This document shows, piece after piece, positions 51,874 to 60,674 of a DNA stretch of 64,000 nt. A program made the translations under genes and the position numbers. Source of the DNA: a virus. A model generated the notes under the pieces. It was not told the DNA's origin and searched no databases. It worked only from the letters and a program-made list of their open reading frames with translations. The number at the start of each line of letters is the position of its first letter. The first letter of the stretch is position 1. The DNA lies in IMG/VR virus record IMGVR_UViG_3300050821_010487, positions 1 to 64,000 of that record. One strand, 5' to 3'.

Positions 51874-52355
51874 GGCTTCCTCCTGCGGACGCTCGGGCAG
51901 TTCTCGGGCTTGCGGTGCTTGACCTTCTTCGCCTGGCTCAGCCACAGCCCCCATTGCGTCGAGCGGCCCCAGCACTCCACACAGAAGCCGTGCTTTCTGG
52001 CTTCGGCCGTGAACGCTTCCACGGCCTCGTGGCGGGCCTCTTCCCGGCTGGCGGCCTGCTGCTCGTTGAAGCGGTGCAGCCATGCTCGCTGGGAGGATGC
52101 CTCTTCGGCCTGCTGCCGTGCCAGGCGGATCTGCGCCACGCGCTCGGCGGTGCCGGCGCCGCCGACGATGCACGCCGGGCTGGCGCACGGGCCGGGCCAG
52201 GAGCGCAGCTTGTAGTACTGGCCGCTGGGGTCGCAGACGCCGCCGCAGAACGGGCAGTCCCACGAGCCATCCGGCCACGTGGTGGTGACGGGCCGGGTCT
52301 CCCCGTCGATCGTGGTGACCGACGGGGGCGGCAGGGTGACGACCGGAGTGGTCAC
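51870..52355 (-). CDS. Hypothetical Cys-rich protein
   Basis: RBS AAGGAG before GTG 52355. Confidence 0.65.
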   Translation of the reverse strand: MTTPVVTLPPPSVTTIDGETRPVTTTWPDGSWDCPFCGGVCDPSGQYYKLRSWPGPCASPACIVGGAGTAERVAQIRLARQQAEEASSQRAWLHRFNEQQAASREEARHEAVEAFTAEARKHGFCVECWGRSTQWGLWLSQAKKVKHRKPENCPSVRRRKP

Positions 52356-52365
52356 GTACGGCTCC

Positions 52366-53229
52366 TTACTTGAAGTAGGCGAGCTGCTTGCGCTCGGCGT
52401 TGCGCTGGATCTTGTCGATCTCTGCCTGGGTGGCTCCGGTGCCGGGGTTGGCGGCCTCACGGGCCAGCAGGACGGCCTTGGCCTGCTCGGCTGCCACAAG
52501 GGTGGTCTCGTACCAGCAGTGGTGGTCGTTGGGGCCGCTGTAGTGCTTGAACTCCATCGCCTCGCGGAGGACCTCCTTGCAGCGGTACACGGTCTCGACC
52601 CAGTCGCCCCGGCCCCCGCGGCCGATGCGGCCGTCGGTGAAGCGCTGCTCGGGGGTGAGGGTCTTGGCGGCCTTCTTGGCGTCGCGCTCGGCCTTGGCAG
52701 CGTCACGTGCGCCCTTGGTCTTGTCGCGCTCGACCTGGCCGAGAGTCTTGCTGCGGTGCTCGACCGGGGCGCTGGGGAAGCAGACGCTGCACAGCGCCGG
52801 GCCCAGCTCGGCGACCGCGTCCTCGGCGGTCTTGCCGGACAGGTTCGGGTACCAACCCATCGGGGTGGTGGCGTAGACGGTGGAGCAGCCGCGCAGCGAG
52901 CTGTGGATGTGCCCGTCGGCATTGCGGCAGGGGAAGAAGCGGGTCCAGCGCTGCTCGCGGTAGATCTCCTCCATGGCGCCGATCTGCTCGCCGATGCGCT
53001 TGAAGGCGCGCTTGGCCTGGTCGTACTCGACTCGGGCAATCGGGCTGGACTTCTCGTAGGCCACGCTGGGCGCCATCCCCCAGGGGTGGTTGCGCTGGCA
53101 GTAGTCGCGCTTGTCGCCGGCGTCGTGGTGGACCTGGTCGGCTTTGTAGCGGAGAGTCCGCTCGGCCTTGGCCAGCTCATCGAACAGAGCGGCTTCGGCT
53201 TCGTCGTGGGCCTTGGGGCTGATGGTCAC
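52366..53229 (-). CDS. Hypothetical early phage protein
   Basis: First gene of a cassette; WTRFF...GHIHSS..GCST...LCSVCFPSAP. Confidence 0.75.
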   Translation of the reverse strand: MTISPKAHDEAEAALFDELAKAERTLRYKADQVHHDAGDKRDYCQRNHPWGMAPSVAYEKSSPIARVEYDQAKRAFKRIGEQIGAMEEIYREQRWTRFFPCRNADGHIHSSLRGCSTVYATTPMGWYPNLSGKTAEDAVAELGPALCSVCFPSAPVEHRSKTLGQVERDKTKGARDAAKAERDAKKAAKTLTPEQRFTDGRIGRGGRGDWVETVYRCKEVLREAMEFKHYSGPNDHHCWYETTLVAAEQAKAVLLAREAANPGTGATQAEIDKIQRNAERKQLAYFK

Positions 53230-53232
53230 TGT

Positions 53233-53291
53233 GCCTCCCTGGTTCGGTTCCTTGCAGAACCAACATTACAGGGTTTCTTGCTAACGGTCAA
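53233..53291 (-). promoter_or_regulatory. Promoter-box-leader-RBS repeat unit
   Basis: TTGACC-N17-TAATGT; box at 53266-53284; leader TGCAAGGAACCGAACCAGGGAGGC. Confidence 0.88.
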
Positions 53292-54103
53292 TCCATCCAG
53301 CCCAGCTTCGCCAGCATTCCCTCGCGCCAGAGAAGAGCAAAGCCGAGGCAGTTGTTGCAGTGCTGGTGGGTGTGCCCCGGCAGCGGCAGCTCCCGGCACG
53401 CCGTCAAGGACCAGGACGTCGAGTCCGAGCTGACCAGGCAGTCGCCGAACAGCTCCAGGCCGGTGGTCTTCACGCCGAAGCCGTGCAGCCGGATGCCGTG
53501 GCTGGCGAGGTCGCTGGCGATGATCCCGGCCATCGTCGTGCTCTGCCGCCGGCAGAAGGTGCCGAGCCCCACCGTCTTGAAGCTGGCCAGGTCCACGCCC
53601 GCGTCCTCGTACATCTCCCGGCATCGCAGGTAGTCGAACCGGCGCTTGCCCTGGAGCGTGGGGATGACCGGGCACGGCCCGTCGCCCCCGGACGGCCACA
53701 GCTCCACCAGGCGCAGGTAGTTGTCCACGGTGCGGCGCAGGTGGTCGTGGACCTGCAGCCCGGTCGCGGCGAGGATCTCGTCCTCATTCATGAAATCCAT
53801 GCCCGCGGCCCACTGCAGGCTGCCGATCTCCGCCTGGTAGCGCGCGACGTTCGCGAGGTACTGCTGCTCGGTGAACTGCCAGCGGCCGGTGTGCTTGAGC
53901 TGCATGTAGCCGCCCGAGTCCAGCGCCCAGGGGCCGATCGCCCGGGGAAGGGTCTTGCGGTCGCGCAGGTGCTGGTCGGCGACGAACAGCGGGACGTCTG
54001 TCTGCTCCAGCCATGCGGGCTTGTGGGTACCGAGGTAGAACACAGGGGCCTGAGAGGCCACCGGCCCGGTGGTTAGCCGGGCCGGTGTGGTCGTGGTGGT
54101 CAT
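53288..54103 (-). CDS. DpdA/TGT-like (deazaguanine transglycosylase-fold) protein
   Basis: FYLG, WALDSGGY, D.M.E, IPTLQG, VGLG..CRRQ, LHGFGVK, SSDS.SWS, C.NC. Confidence 0.7.
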   Translation of the reverse strand: MTTTTTPARLTTGPVASQAPVFYLGTHKPAWLEQTDVPLFVADQHLRDRKTLPRAIGPWALDSGGYMQLKHTGRWQFTEQQYLANVARYQAEIGSLQWAAGMDFMNEDEILAATGLQVHDHLRRTVDNYLRLVELWPSGGDGPCPVIPTLQGKRRFDYLRCREMYEDAGVDLASFKTVGLGTFCRRQSTTMAGIIASDLASHGIRLHGFGVKTTGLELFGDCLVSSDSTSWSLTACRELPLPGHTHQHCNNCLGFALLWREGMLAKLGWMD

Positions 54104-54495
54104 CAGATGTCCATCGGGTAGTGCTGCGGGCCCGCGCACAGTTCGAGCGCCATCTGGTGCTCGCACAGCTTGCCGCTGAACTCCATGGCGCCGATCCCGC
54201 CGTCCCAGGTGCCGCCCGAGGCGACCACCGCGGCGTAGCGCCCGGCGTCCTCGGGGCTGCCGCCGCCGGCGACCCAGGACATGACCCCTTCGGCGTAGAT
54301 CTCGTCGGCCTGCTGAGAGGCCAGCTCCTCGCTCACCTCGTAGCAGGCGCGGACCGCGGCGGGGTTCTCGTGCCGGACGCGGACTTCGAACCGCGGGTGG
54401 TTGCCGCACAGGATGCCGTGCGGGGCGGTGTCCTCGGGGAGCCCGAAGCTGCCGGAGTTGTAGCCCTCTGCCTCGCGGACCAGGTCTTGTGTCAT
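54103..54495 (-). CDS. Hypothetical protein
   Basis: First gene of a cassette; C-terminal CEH.M..ELC.GP.HYP. Confidence 0.7.
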   Translation of the reverse strand: MTQDLVREAEGYNSGSFGLPEDTAPHGILCGNHPRFEVRVRHENPAAVRACYEVSEELASQQADEIYAEGVMSWVAGGGSPEDAGRYAAVVASGGTWDGGIGAMEFSGKLCEHQMALELCAGPQHYPMDI

Positions 54496-54502
54496 GTTCG
54501 CT

Positions 54503-54562
54503 GCCTCCCTGTAGCCGTCCCTTGCAAGACAGAACATTACAGGGTTTCTTGCTAATGCGCAA
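54503..54562 (-). promoter_or_regulatory. Promoter-box-leader-RBS repeat unit
   Basis: TTGCGC-N17-TAATGT; box at 54537-54555; leader CTTGCAAGGGACGG...GGGAGGC. Confidence 0.88.
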
Positions 54563-56970
54563 CCTGGACGTTATGCGGGTGGGCGTTGAGGTAGGCTCCG
54601 GCTTCCTTCTGCCAGTAGGGGTGCACCAGCACCGACGGGCCCAGGAGTGAGCCGAAGGCGGGCAGGCCGCAGACGCAGCGCTGGCCGCCCCACCAGCCGT
54701 TCTCCGCCAGCGCCTCAGCCGGCGCAGGTGTGATCTCGTTTGCAGGTGCGGTCTCGTTCATTGCCTGGTTCTCTCCTGGGCGGTGATCGTGAGCAAGTTG
54801 ACGGCGTGCTGGAGCTGCCCGGCAAGTGTCTGCGCTGCCCTCTCGTTCCCGGTGCAGGCGCGGGCGACTGCGAGCAGCAGGGGGAAGCAGTCGGTCTCCG
54901 CGTTCGCTGCCGCCAGGATGGCCGACTTCATTATCGAGATCTTCCGGTCGGTGAAGCCGCCGAGCTGCCAGTGGGCGAGGACCTCGTCGTGGAGGATTTC
55001 GTCCAGGGTGGCCGGTGCGGTCATTGCCGGCACTTCCCCTCGTGGCCCTCGGCCAACGCACGGCCCGGCTTGCACGTGACGCACCGGTTGTAGAGCGGGA
55101 TGCCGGCGGTGTCCTCGTGCTGGTCCAGGTTGGTGGCGGCGGCTTTCCACTCGTCGTCCAGGGCCTGCAACTGCTGTCGTAGTTCTGCCCGCCTCACCGC
55201 GTAGGTGGAGGAGATGGCGTTGTAGCGGTCGCAGGCCTTCTCGTAAGCCTCTTCGCTGGTCGCGGCGATCTGCGCGCGGCGCGTCTCAGTCATGCCGACG
55301 GCCCCCGCTGCGCGAGCAGTTCTTCGGTGACCTTCTGCGCGAGGATGTGCGAGTCGAACGCCGCGAACACGGCGACACGCACCTCGGGCGGCGCGTCCAT
55401 GTCGCCGCCGAACCGCTGCCAGAACGACAGCGCCAGGCGGATCAGCTCGTCAAGCTGGTCGCTGCCGTAGGGGACCGCGAACCGGATGAACCGCTTGGTC
55501 TCGTAGGTCACCTCGATCGAGCGCTTGCGGTAGACCAGGCCGCGCTTTCCCGCTACCAGGTTGTTCACCCGCAGCCCGCTGGCCTTGGCCCACGGGTCCC
55601 AGGCGTTGCGGCGGACGCCCTCATCGAGCTGGTGGAAGCCGAACCTGATGGTGATCATGGCGTGTCCTCGGGAGTGAGGTAGTAGCGGACGGCGCCAACA
55701 CGGGTGTCGGCCTGGATGTAGCCCTCGGTGCGCAGCATTGCTGCCCACGCCTGGGTGTCGTTGGAGTTGGCCGGCAAGCCGTGGTCAGTGAGATACCAGG
55801 CCAGGTCTGCCAGCCCTATGGCGCCGCCTGGGGCGTTGTTGTTGACCGGCAGAAGCGCCTGGATGATGAGCGCCTGGCCATCCCGGGCCCTGTCCACGTG
55901 GCGCTGGTCGTACGGGGTCATGACGCCTCCTGAGCGGGCAGGTAGCGCTTGGCGGCGGCGCCGAGCAGATCCGCGACCGCGTCGGTGCGGCGCCTGCGGC
56001 TCCTGGTCCGGTGCCCGGTGATGGGCCCTGCTGACCAGCTCTGGCACGAGGGGAGGCTGCCGAACCGCTCCACGGTGCCGATGTAGTGCCACGTGCCGCC
56101 CGTCTGGGTCTGTACCTCGACGCGGTAGCTGCGCCGGGTCGTGCCACGGCCGTTCGGGATGACGCGGTGGTTGACGATCTCGGTGTTCATCTCGTGGCCT
56201 CCCTGATCGCCTGGCGCTTGCGGTTGGCGCGGCCGGTGCGGCCAGGCCGCACGTCGGGCCGGCGGGCACGGGCCCGGAGCGCCATGATCTCGGCGCCCCG
56301 CTTGCCCTTGCTCCTCTTCACGGTGCTCACTCCCCCAGCGCTGATGCGATGGCGTCCATGGCGGTCTCGGCGCTGACCAGGCCGCGCCGGTAGTTGCCGG
56401 CCAGCTCACGCACCAGGGCGGTGTAGCTGCCGGCCAGGAACTCGTCCCGCAGCCGCATGGCCTCGTCGTAGTGGTCCTGCTCGCTGTACCGGACGTGACT
56501 GCCGGCTCGCGCATCCCGTACGAGCACGGCCAGCTCCGCGGTCGCTTGGTCGATCTGGTGGTTGCCGGTGACCTTGACCCCGCGGGTACCCATCTGGTCT
56601 GTCATCGTGCTCACTCCCCGAACGGTCCGTTTTCGAAGCAGGATGCGCGGTAGGCGACTTCGCCCAGGTTCTCGGCGTAGACGCCGGTCACCTCGCCGTG
56701 CAGGTAGGCCCGGAAGCCCTTGATCCGGATGCGGCGGACGGTGTACTCGTCGTTCCACTGCAGGTCGATCGTGACCTTGTAGCCGTGGCCGACGGGAAGG
56801 ATGACGCCGTGGTCGTTGTAGAACATCCGGCCGCCCGAGATCGCCAGGAAGTTCATCCGGCCGAGCTGCTGCATGAGCAGGCCGATGTCGCAGCGGTCAC
56901 TGAACCGGCGCTTGTCCTCGGCGAGGAATGACTCGTCCATCTCGCGGGGCGTGGTCTGCGTGATGGTCAT
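54552..56970 (-). other. Operon of nine small coupled hypothetical genes: 56611-56970, 56327-56614, 56187-56330, 55918-56190, 55655-55921, 55290-55658, 55021-55293, 54758-55024, 54552-54761
   Basis: Chain of ATGA/GTGA start-stop overlaps. 56187-56330 is a 47-aa Arg-rich ORF missing from the track. Confidence 0.7.
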
Positions 56971-56975
56971 CTGGT

Positions 56976-57033
56976 GCCTCCCTGGCTCGGTTCCTTGCGA
57001 GTCCTACGTTACAGGGTTTCTTGCTAATGTCAA
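56976..57033 (-). promoter_or_regulatory. Promoter-box-leader-RBS repeat unit
   Basis: TTGACA-N16-TAACGT; box at 57009-57027; leader GCAAGGAACCGAGCCAGGGAGGC. Confidence 0.88.
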
Positions 57034-57056
57034 TCTAGCAAGAGGCACCGACAGAA

Positions 57057-59041
57057 CTACTCCGTGGTGAGGTCCAGGAGCGGGACTTCGCGGGGAGGCC
57101 GCTTGGCCACGCCGTCGTCACAGCGCAAGATCCGCAGCCCCTCAGGCAGCAGCGGCTGGCCTCTCCGCAGCAGGTGCAGCCATGTGACCAGCTCGTGCTT
57201 GACGGTGAAGGCCGCGGGGTCCTCGCCTGGCCTGGTCACGATGAAGATGGTCCGGGCGCGTGCCATCAGAGCCGCTCCTGCAGCGGCACCCCGGCAGCGG
57301 CCTGGAGTACCGAGTAGGCCAGGTGGCGCTGCCACTCCTCGACGGTGCTGCCCTCGAACCTGCGGCACGAGCAAGCGACAAAGTCGCCCAGCACACCTGG
57401 AACGCCGAGCACGCCACGCGGCCTGTGGTGGCTCACCTCGTCGGCTGCACGCCTGAGGCCGTCGTCGCCGAGGATCTCCCCCGAGCGGTCCTCCCGGCCG
57501 CCCTCGTAGGCACGCCGGAGCGCCTGGAGGGCATCCTCGGGCGAGTCCAGCTTGTACCCGGGGCCCAGCCACAGCACGGGCGTGGGCGGGGCGTCAGGCG
57601 CGGTCCGCTCGCGGATCTCGTAGCCGAGCTGCCCGCGGGGCAGCATGGCGAGTTTGTAGGTGCGCTGGGTCATCGCCATTCACTCCAGCCCTGCCGCCTT
57701 GTAGACCTGCTCGATGATGTCCCGTGCGTCGTCACGCTCCACGCTGATGCTGATGCCTGCTTTGAACACCAGCGACTCGATGTCCTCCAGCAGGTCGGCG
57801 CGGATGTTCTCATCCAGCGAGTCGAACGCCTTCAGCAGCTTCACCCGGCGTGCTGCGGATGCCTCCCGGTTGTTCGGGTTCATGGCCAGGCACGAGGGGC
57901 GCCCGGCGTCCCTGGATGGCTTCATCATGTTTGCTCTCCCGTTTCCATCGCGCTGTCGTAGATCAGTTTGTCCAGGGCGTCCAGCAGGCCGCGCAGGCTG
58001 CCGCGCTGCTCAGGCGTGAACAGCCCCCAGGCGGCCGGTGTGGCCTCGTCGCGCAGGATCTTGAGCATGTCCAGGGACTCGCCCCGGTGGGTGTCTATGA
58101 CCAGTTGGTAGCGCTTGACGTAAGCCCGGTCGTAGCCATGGCGCAGCGCCGGGTGGATCTCATGGACTGATCCACCCGGCTGCTCGGCTGGCTGGCTGGT
58201 CACTAGATTTCGTCCATGTCAGTGTTCCTCGTCTTCTACCAGCGTCAGGCTGTAAACCTTGTAGGCCGGGACCTTGAGGCCCTCGTTGCGCCTGGCCGCG
58301 AACGCCTTAGCTCCCTCGACGGTGAATGCCAGGCCGTCCTCGGCATTACGGAAGACATAGCCGCAGGAAGTGTCTACGGCTACCGCGTCAGGCACCGCGA
58401 CGAGGCGGCGGGTCGCGGGGTCGGGTTCGGGGATGACGAACGTCTTGCGCGGGTACTGGGCCAGGGTCCTCCAGGCGCGCACCGTGAGTCCGCGGGCGGT
58501 CTTCTCGCGGTCGATGCGGCGGCCGTGCTCGTCCAGGACGTGGACCTGGCCGCGGGCGATCAGGAGGACGCCGTAGTCCCGCCAGCCGTGGCAGATGCGG
58601 GCGCCGTTGCTGCGGTACAGCCAGCCGCCCGCGCGGCCGGTCACGCCGTGCGCCTTGCCGAAAGCCTTGGCGGCTGCTTCGAGGTTCTTGTACGTGGCCA
58701 TGTCAGGCACCCTTCCTCGTGAGCGTGGCGACCGCGGCGGCGAAGTGGGAGACGATCTCGGGGCGCTTGGTGACGGCCCAGGTGGGGCGGCCGATCGTGA
58801 TGCTGTCGGCGCCCTCGGTGGTGACGGTCCAGCCGTACCACTTGCCCATCCGGCCGTACTTGTCGCGGACGTCCACGCAGCCGAGGAACTCACCGGCAGC
58901 GTCGCGCACCTGGTAGGCGATCGAGTAGGTGTCCGGCCCGCCACTGAGGACCTGGCCGCGGGGGTTGGTGCTGACCTTGACGTTGAATCCCGCCGCCTTG
59001 AGTTCTTCCGCGAGTCGGCCCCAGCCTGCCTCTGATGCCAT
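57057..59041 (-). other. Operon of six small hypothetical genes: 58703-59041, 58219-58701, 57925-58203, 57680-57928, 57266-57679, 57057-57266
   Basis: Abutting or coupled ORFs downstream of the 59.1-kb promoter. Confidence 0.7.
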
Positions 59042-59047
59042 TCCCGT

Positions 59048-59107
59048 GCCTCCTGTCGTCCGGTCCCTTGCAAGACCAACATTACAGGGTTTCTTGCTAA
59101 CGCACAA
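59048..59107 (-). promoter_or_regulatory. Promoter-box-leader-RBS repeat unit
   Basis: TTGTGC-N17-TAATGT; box at 59082-59100; leader CTTGCAAGGGACCGG...AGGAGGC. Confidence 0.88.
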
Positions 59108-59142
59108 CCCCAGGGAGGTGCTTTCGCTTCCTCCCTAGGGTT
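59106..59142 (-). terminator. Hairpin between cassettes
   Basis: AACCC.AGGGAGG / CCTCCCT.GGGTT just after the stop at 59150. Confidence 0.6.
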
Positions 59143-59149
59143 GCCTGGA

Positions 59150-59872
59150 TCAGGCGGCCGGGACGACCTCGAAGTCCATTTCGCGCCAGTCACGGATGTT
59201 GTAGCGGCCGTAGCCTGGCACCCCGAACGTGTTGCCCTTGATGAAGTCGAACTCGGCCCACTTGGTGCCGTCGGTGAACTCGATCGCCCGGGGGAACTTC
59301 ACCGTGGTGCCCGGGGTCACCGTACGGGCCAGTGCCACGCGCTCCAGCCGCTGGCGGCAGGCGGTGCGCCACTCGCGCGCCGACTCGTTCGAGCAGTAGC
59401 CGTGGCCGCCTGGCACGTGGAACGGTGCGCTGCCGTCGGCCTGGCGGGCGCTCTCGGGGAAGTGGTAGCAGTGCGGGCCGGTGCACTCGCTGCGCACCTT
59501 CCCGGGGTCAGCTTCGTACACCCACTGGCCATCGCGCACGGTCAGCTCCTGGTTGCAGAGCTGGCAGTAGGTCTCGTCGTGGTGGCACTCGGGGATCGGC
59601 GAGAGCAGGTCCAGGACCTGAGCCGAGGCGCCGAAGTCACCGGGGCCGCACTCTTCGCTGCACGCCTTGTAGGTGAAGTTGAAGTACCCCCGGCTGCGCC
59701 AGGTCAGCGTGACAAGCGCTTCCACGTTGCCGGTGCGGTTGTCGCGTACCGCGGCGTAGTGGGTGGTGCCGGTCATGTTGCTGGCGATGATCGTGTAGTG
59801 CTCGTCCAGCTCGCCCTGCATGACCTGGGTGGTCGTCTGGCCGGGCTCCCGGTGGAAACTCGTTGCGCCCAC
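59150..59872 (-). CDS. Hypothetical protein (DUF6927-like, found in mobile elements)
   Basis: YAAVR...ALV.L......F.YK...E..GP......VLDLLSP...AREWR..C. Confidence 0.65.
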   Translation of the reverse strand: MGATSFHREPGQTTTQVMQGELDEHYTIIASNMTGTTHYAAVRDNRTGNVEALVTLTWRSRGYFNFTYKACSEECGPGDFGASAQVLDLLSPIPECHHDETYCQLCNQELTVRDGQWVYEADPGKVRSECTGPHCYHFPESARQADGSAPFHVPGGHGYCSNESAREWRTACRQRLERVALARTVTPGTTVKFPRAIEFTDGTKWAEFDFIKGNTFGVPGYGRYNIRDWREMDFEVVPAA

Positions 59873-59877
59873 TGTCT

Positions 59878-59920
59878 GCCTCCTCTGTGGTTCGGTCCCT
59901 TAGCAAGAAACATTGTAACA
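59878..59920 (-). promoter_or_regulatory. Variant unit: extended -10 with box in the opposite orientation
   Basis: TG-T-TACAAT on the - strand; box TTAGCAAGAAACATTGTAA at 59900-59918; leader AAGGGACCGAACC...GGAGGC. Confidence 0.7.
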
Positions 59921-59944
59921 GAGGGGGTCCGACAGTTTGGAGGG

Positions 59945-60343
59945 TCAGGCCGGCAAACTGCCCTCAGCCTCCAGGTTTGCCTCGGCGGAGCGCACCCGCG
60001 GCGGGATCGTGCCGTCGGCCACGAGCTGCGCGTGGCGCTCCAGCAGCGAGGAGCTGGCGGCCATATGGCGCTCGGTCCACCGGGCGCGGTAGTCGCAGAT
60101 CCGGCACAGGTCCAGCCACACCATGAGTCCACCGGTCAGGGGCGACGGCTCGACCAGGTGGGAGACGAAGATGCGCCGCCTGGTGCACAGGGAACACTTG
60201 CGGTCGTCGCGGTTGAGCATCGCGGCGCGGGCGTCTGCGACGTCGCACCACTGGCCGTAGAAGGCGGCCCAGTCGGGGTCGAACTCGGGCGCTGTGGCCA
60301 GGACCACAATCAGCCGGTCCACGTGCCTGGGGCTGACGTTCAT
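59945..60343 (-). CDS. Hypothetical protein with CxxC pairs
   Basis: RBS GGAGGAGGG downstream of a box promoter. Confidence 0.65.
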   Translation of the reverse strand: MNVSPRHVDRLIVVLATAPEFDPDWAAFYGQWCDVADARAAMLNRDDRKCSLCTRRRIFVSHLVEPSPLTGGLMVWLDLCRICDYRARWTERHMAASSSLLERHAQLVADGTIPPRVRSAEANLEAEGSLPA

Positions 60344-60388
60344 GTCAGGATGCCCTCCTCCGTCTGCGGCTGTTCCTCTGCGAAGGGC

Positions 60389-60418
60389 AGCTTAGCAAGG
60401 AAAGCTGTATGCATGCAA
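60389..60418 (-). promoter_or_regulatory. Promoter with 19-bp box
   Basis: TTGCAT-N18-TAAGCT; box at 60392-60410. Confidence 0.75.
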
Positions 60419-60468
60419 CGCAGCCGGTTATACGCATATACGCATACTTGATGATCTTGCCAGGCGTC

Positions 60469-60674
60469 TGGCACTCAGCCGGAACGCTGTGCCGCCTCTC
60501 CTGGCACAGGCTGTGCCAGGAGCTGGCTCACGAACATCAGGCACTGGCACCCCGGCACCTGGCACGGCCCCAGCCTGCCGGAACGCCCCTTGTGCCAGAC
60601 CTTGGCGTGCCAGCACGTGAACGGCACGCTGGCACAGGCCGAGCCGTGGGCTGGCACGCTCTCGCCGCGTGCCA
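60469..60674. repeat. Dense TGGCAC/GTGCCA cluster
   Basis: 10 exact hexamers and 14 GGCAC/GTGCC pentamers in ~205 bp (counted by eye). Confidence 0.75.

Noticed and set aside
50630-60410. Repeated 19-bp box as a CRISPR array or integron attC series
   Set aside because: Copies are 0.5-2.6 kb apart and embedded in -35/-10 promoters. There are no ~30-40-bp spacers, cas operon, integron integrase or attC-like hairpins.
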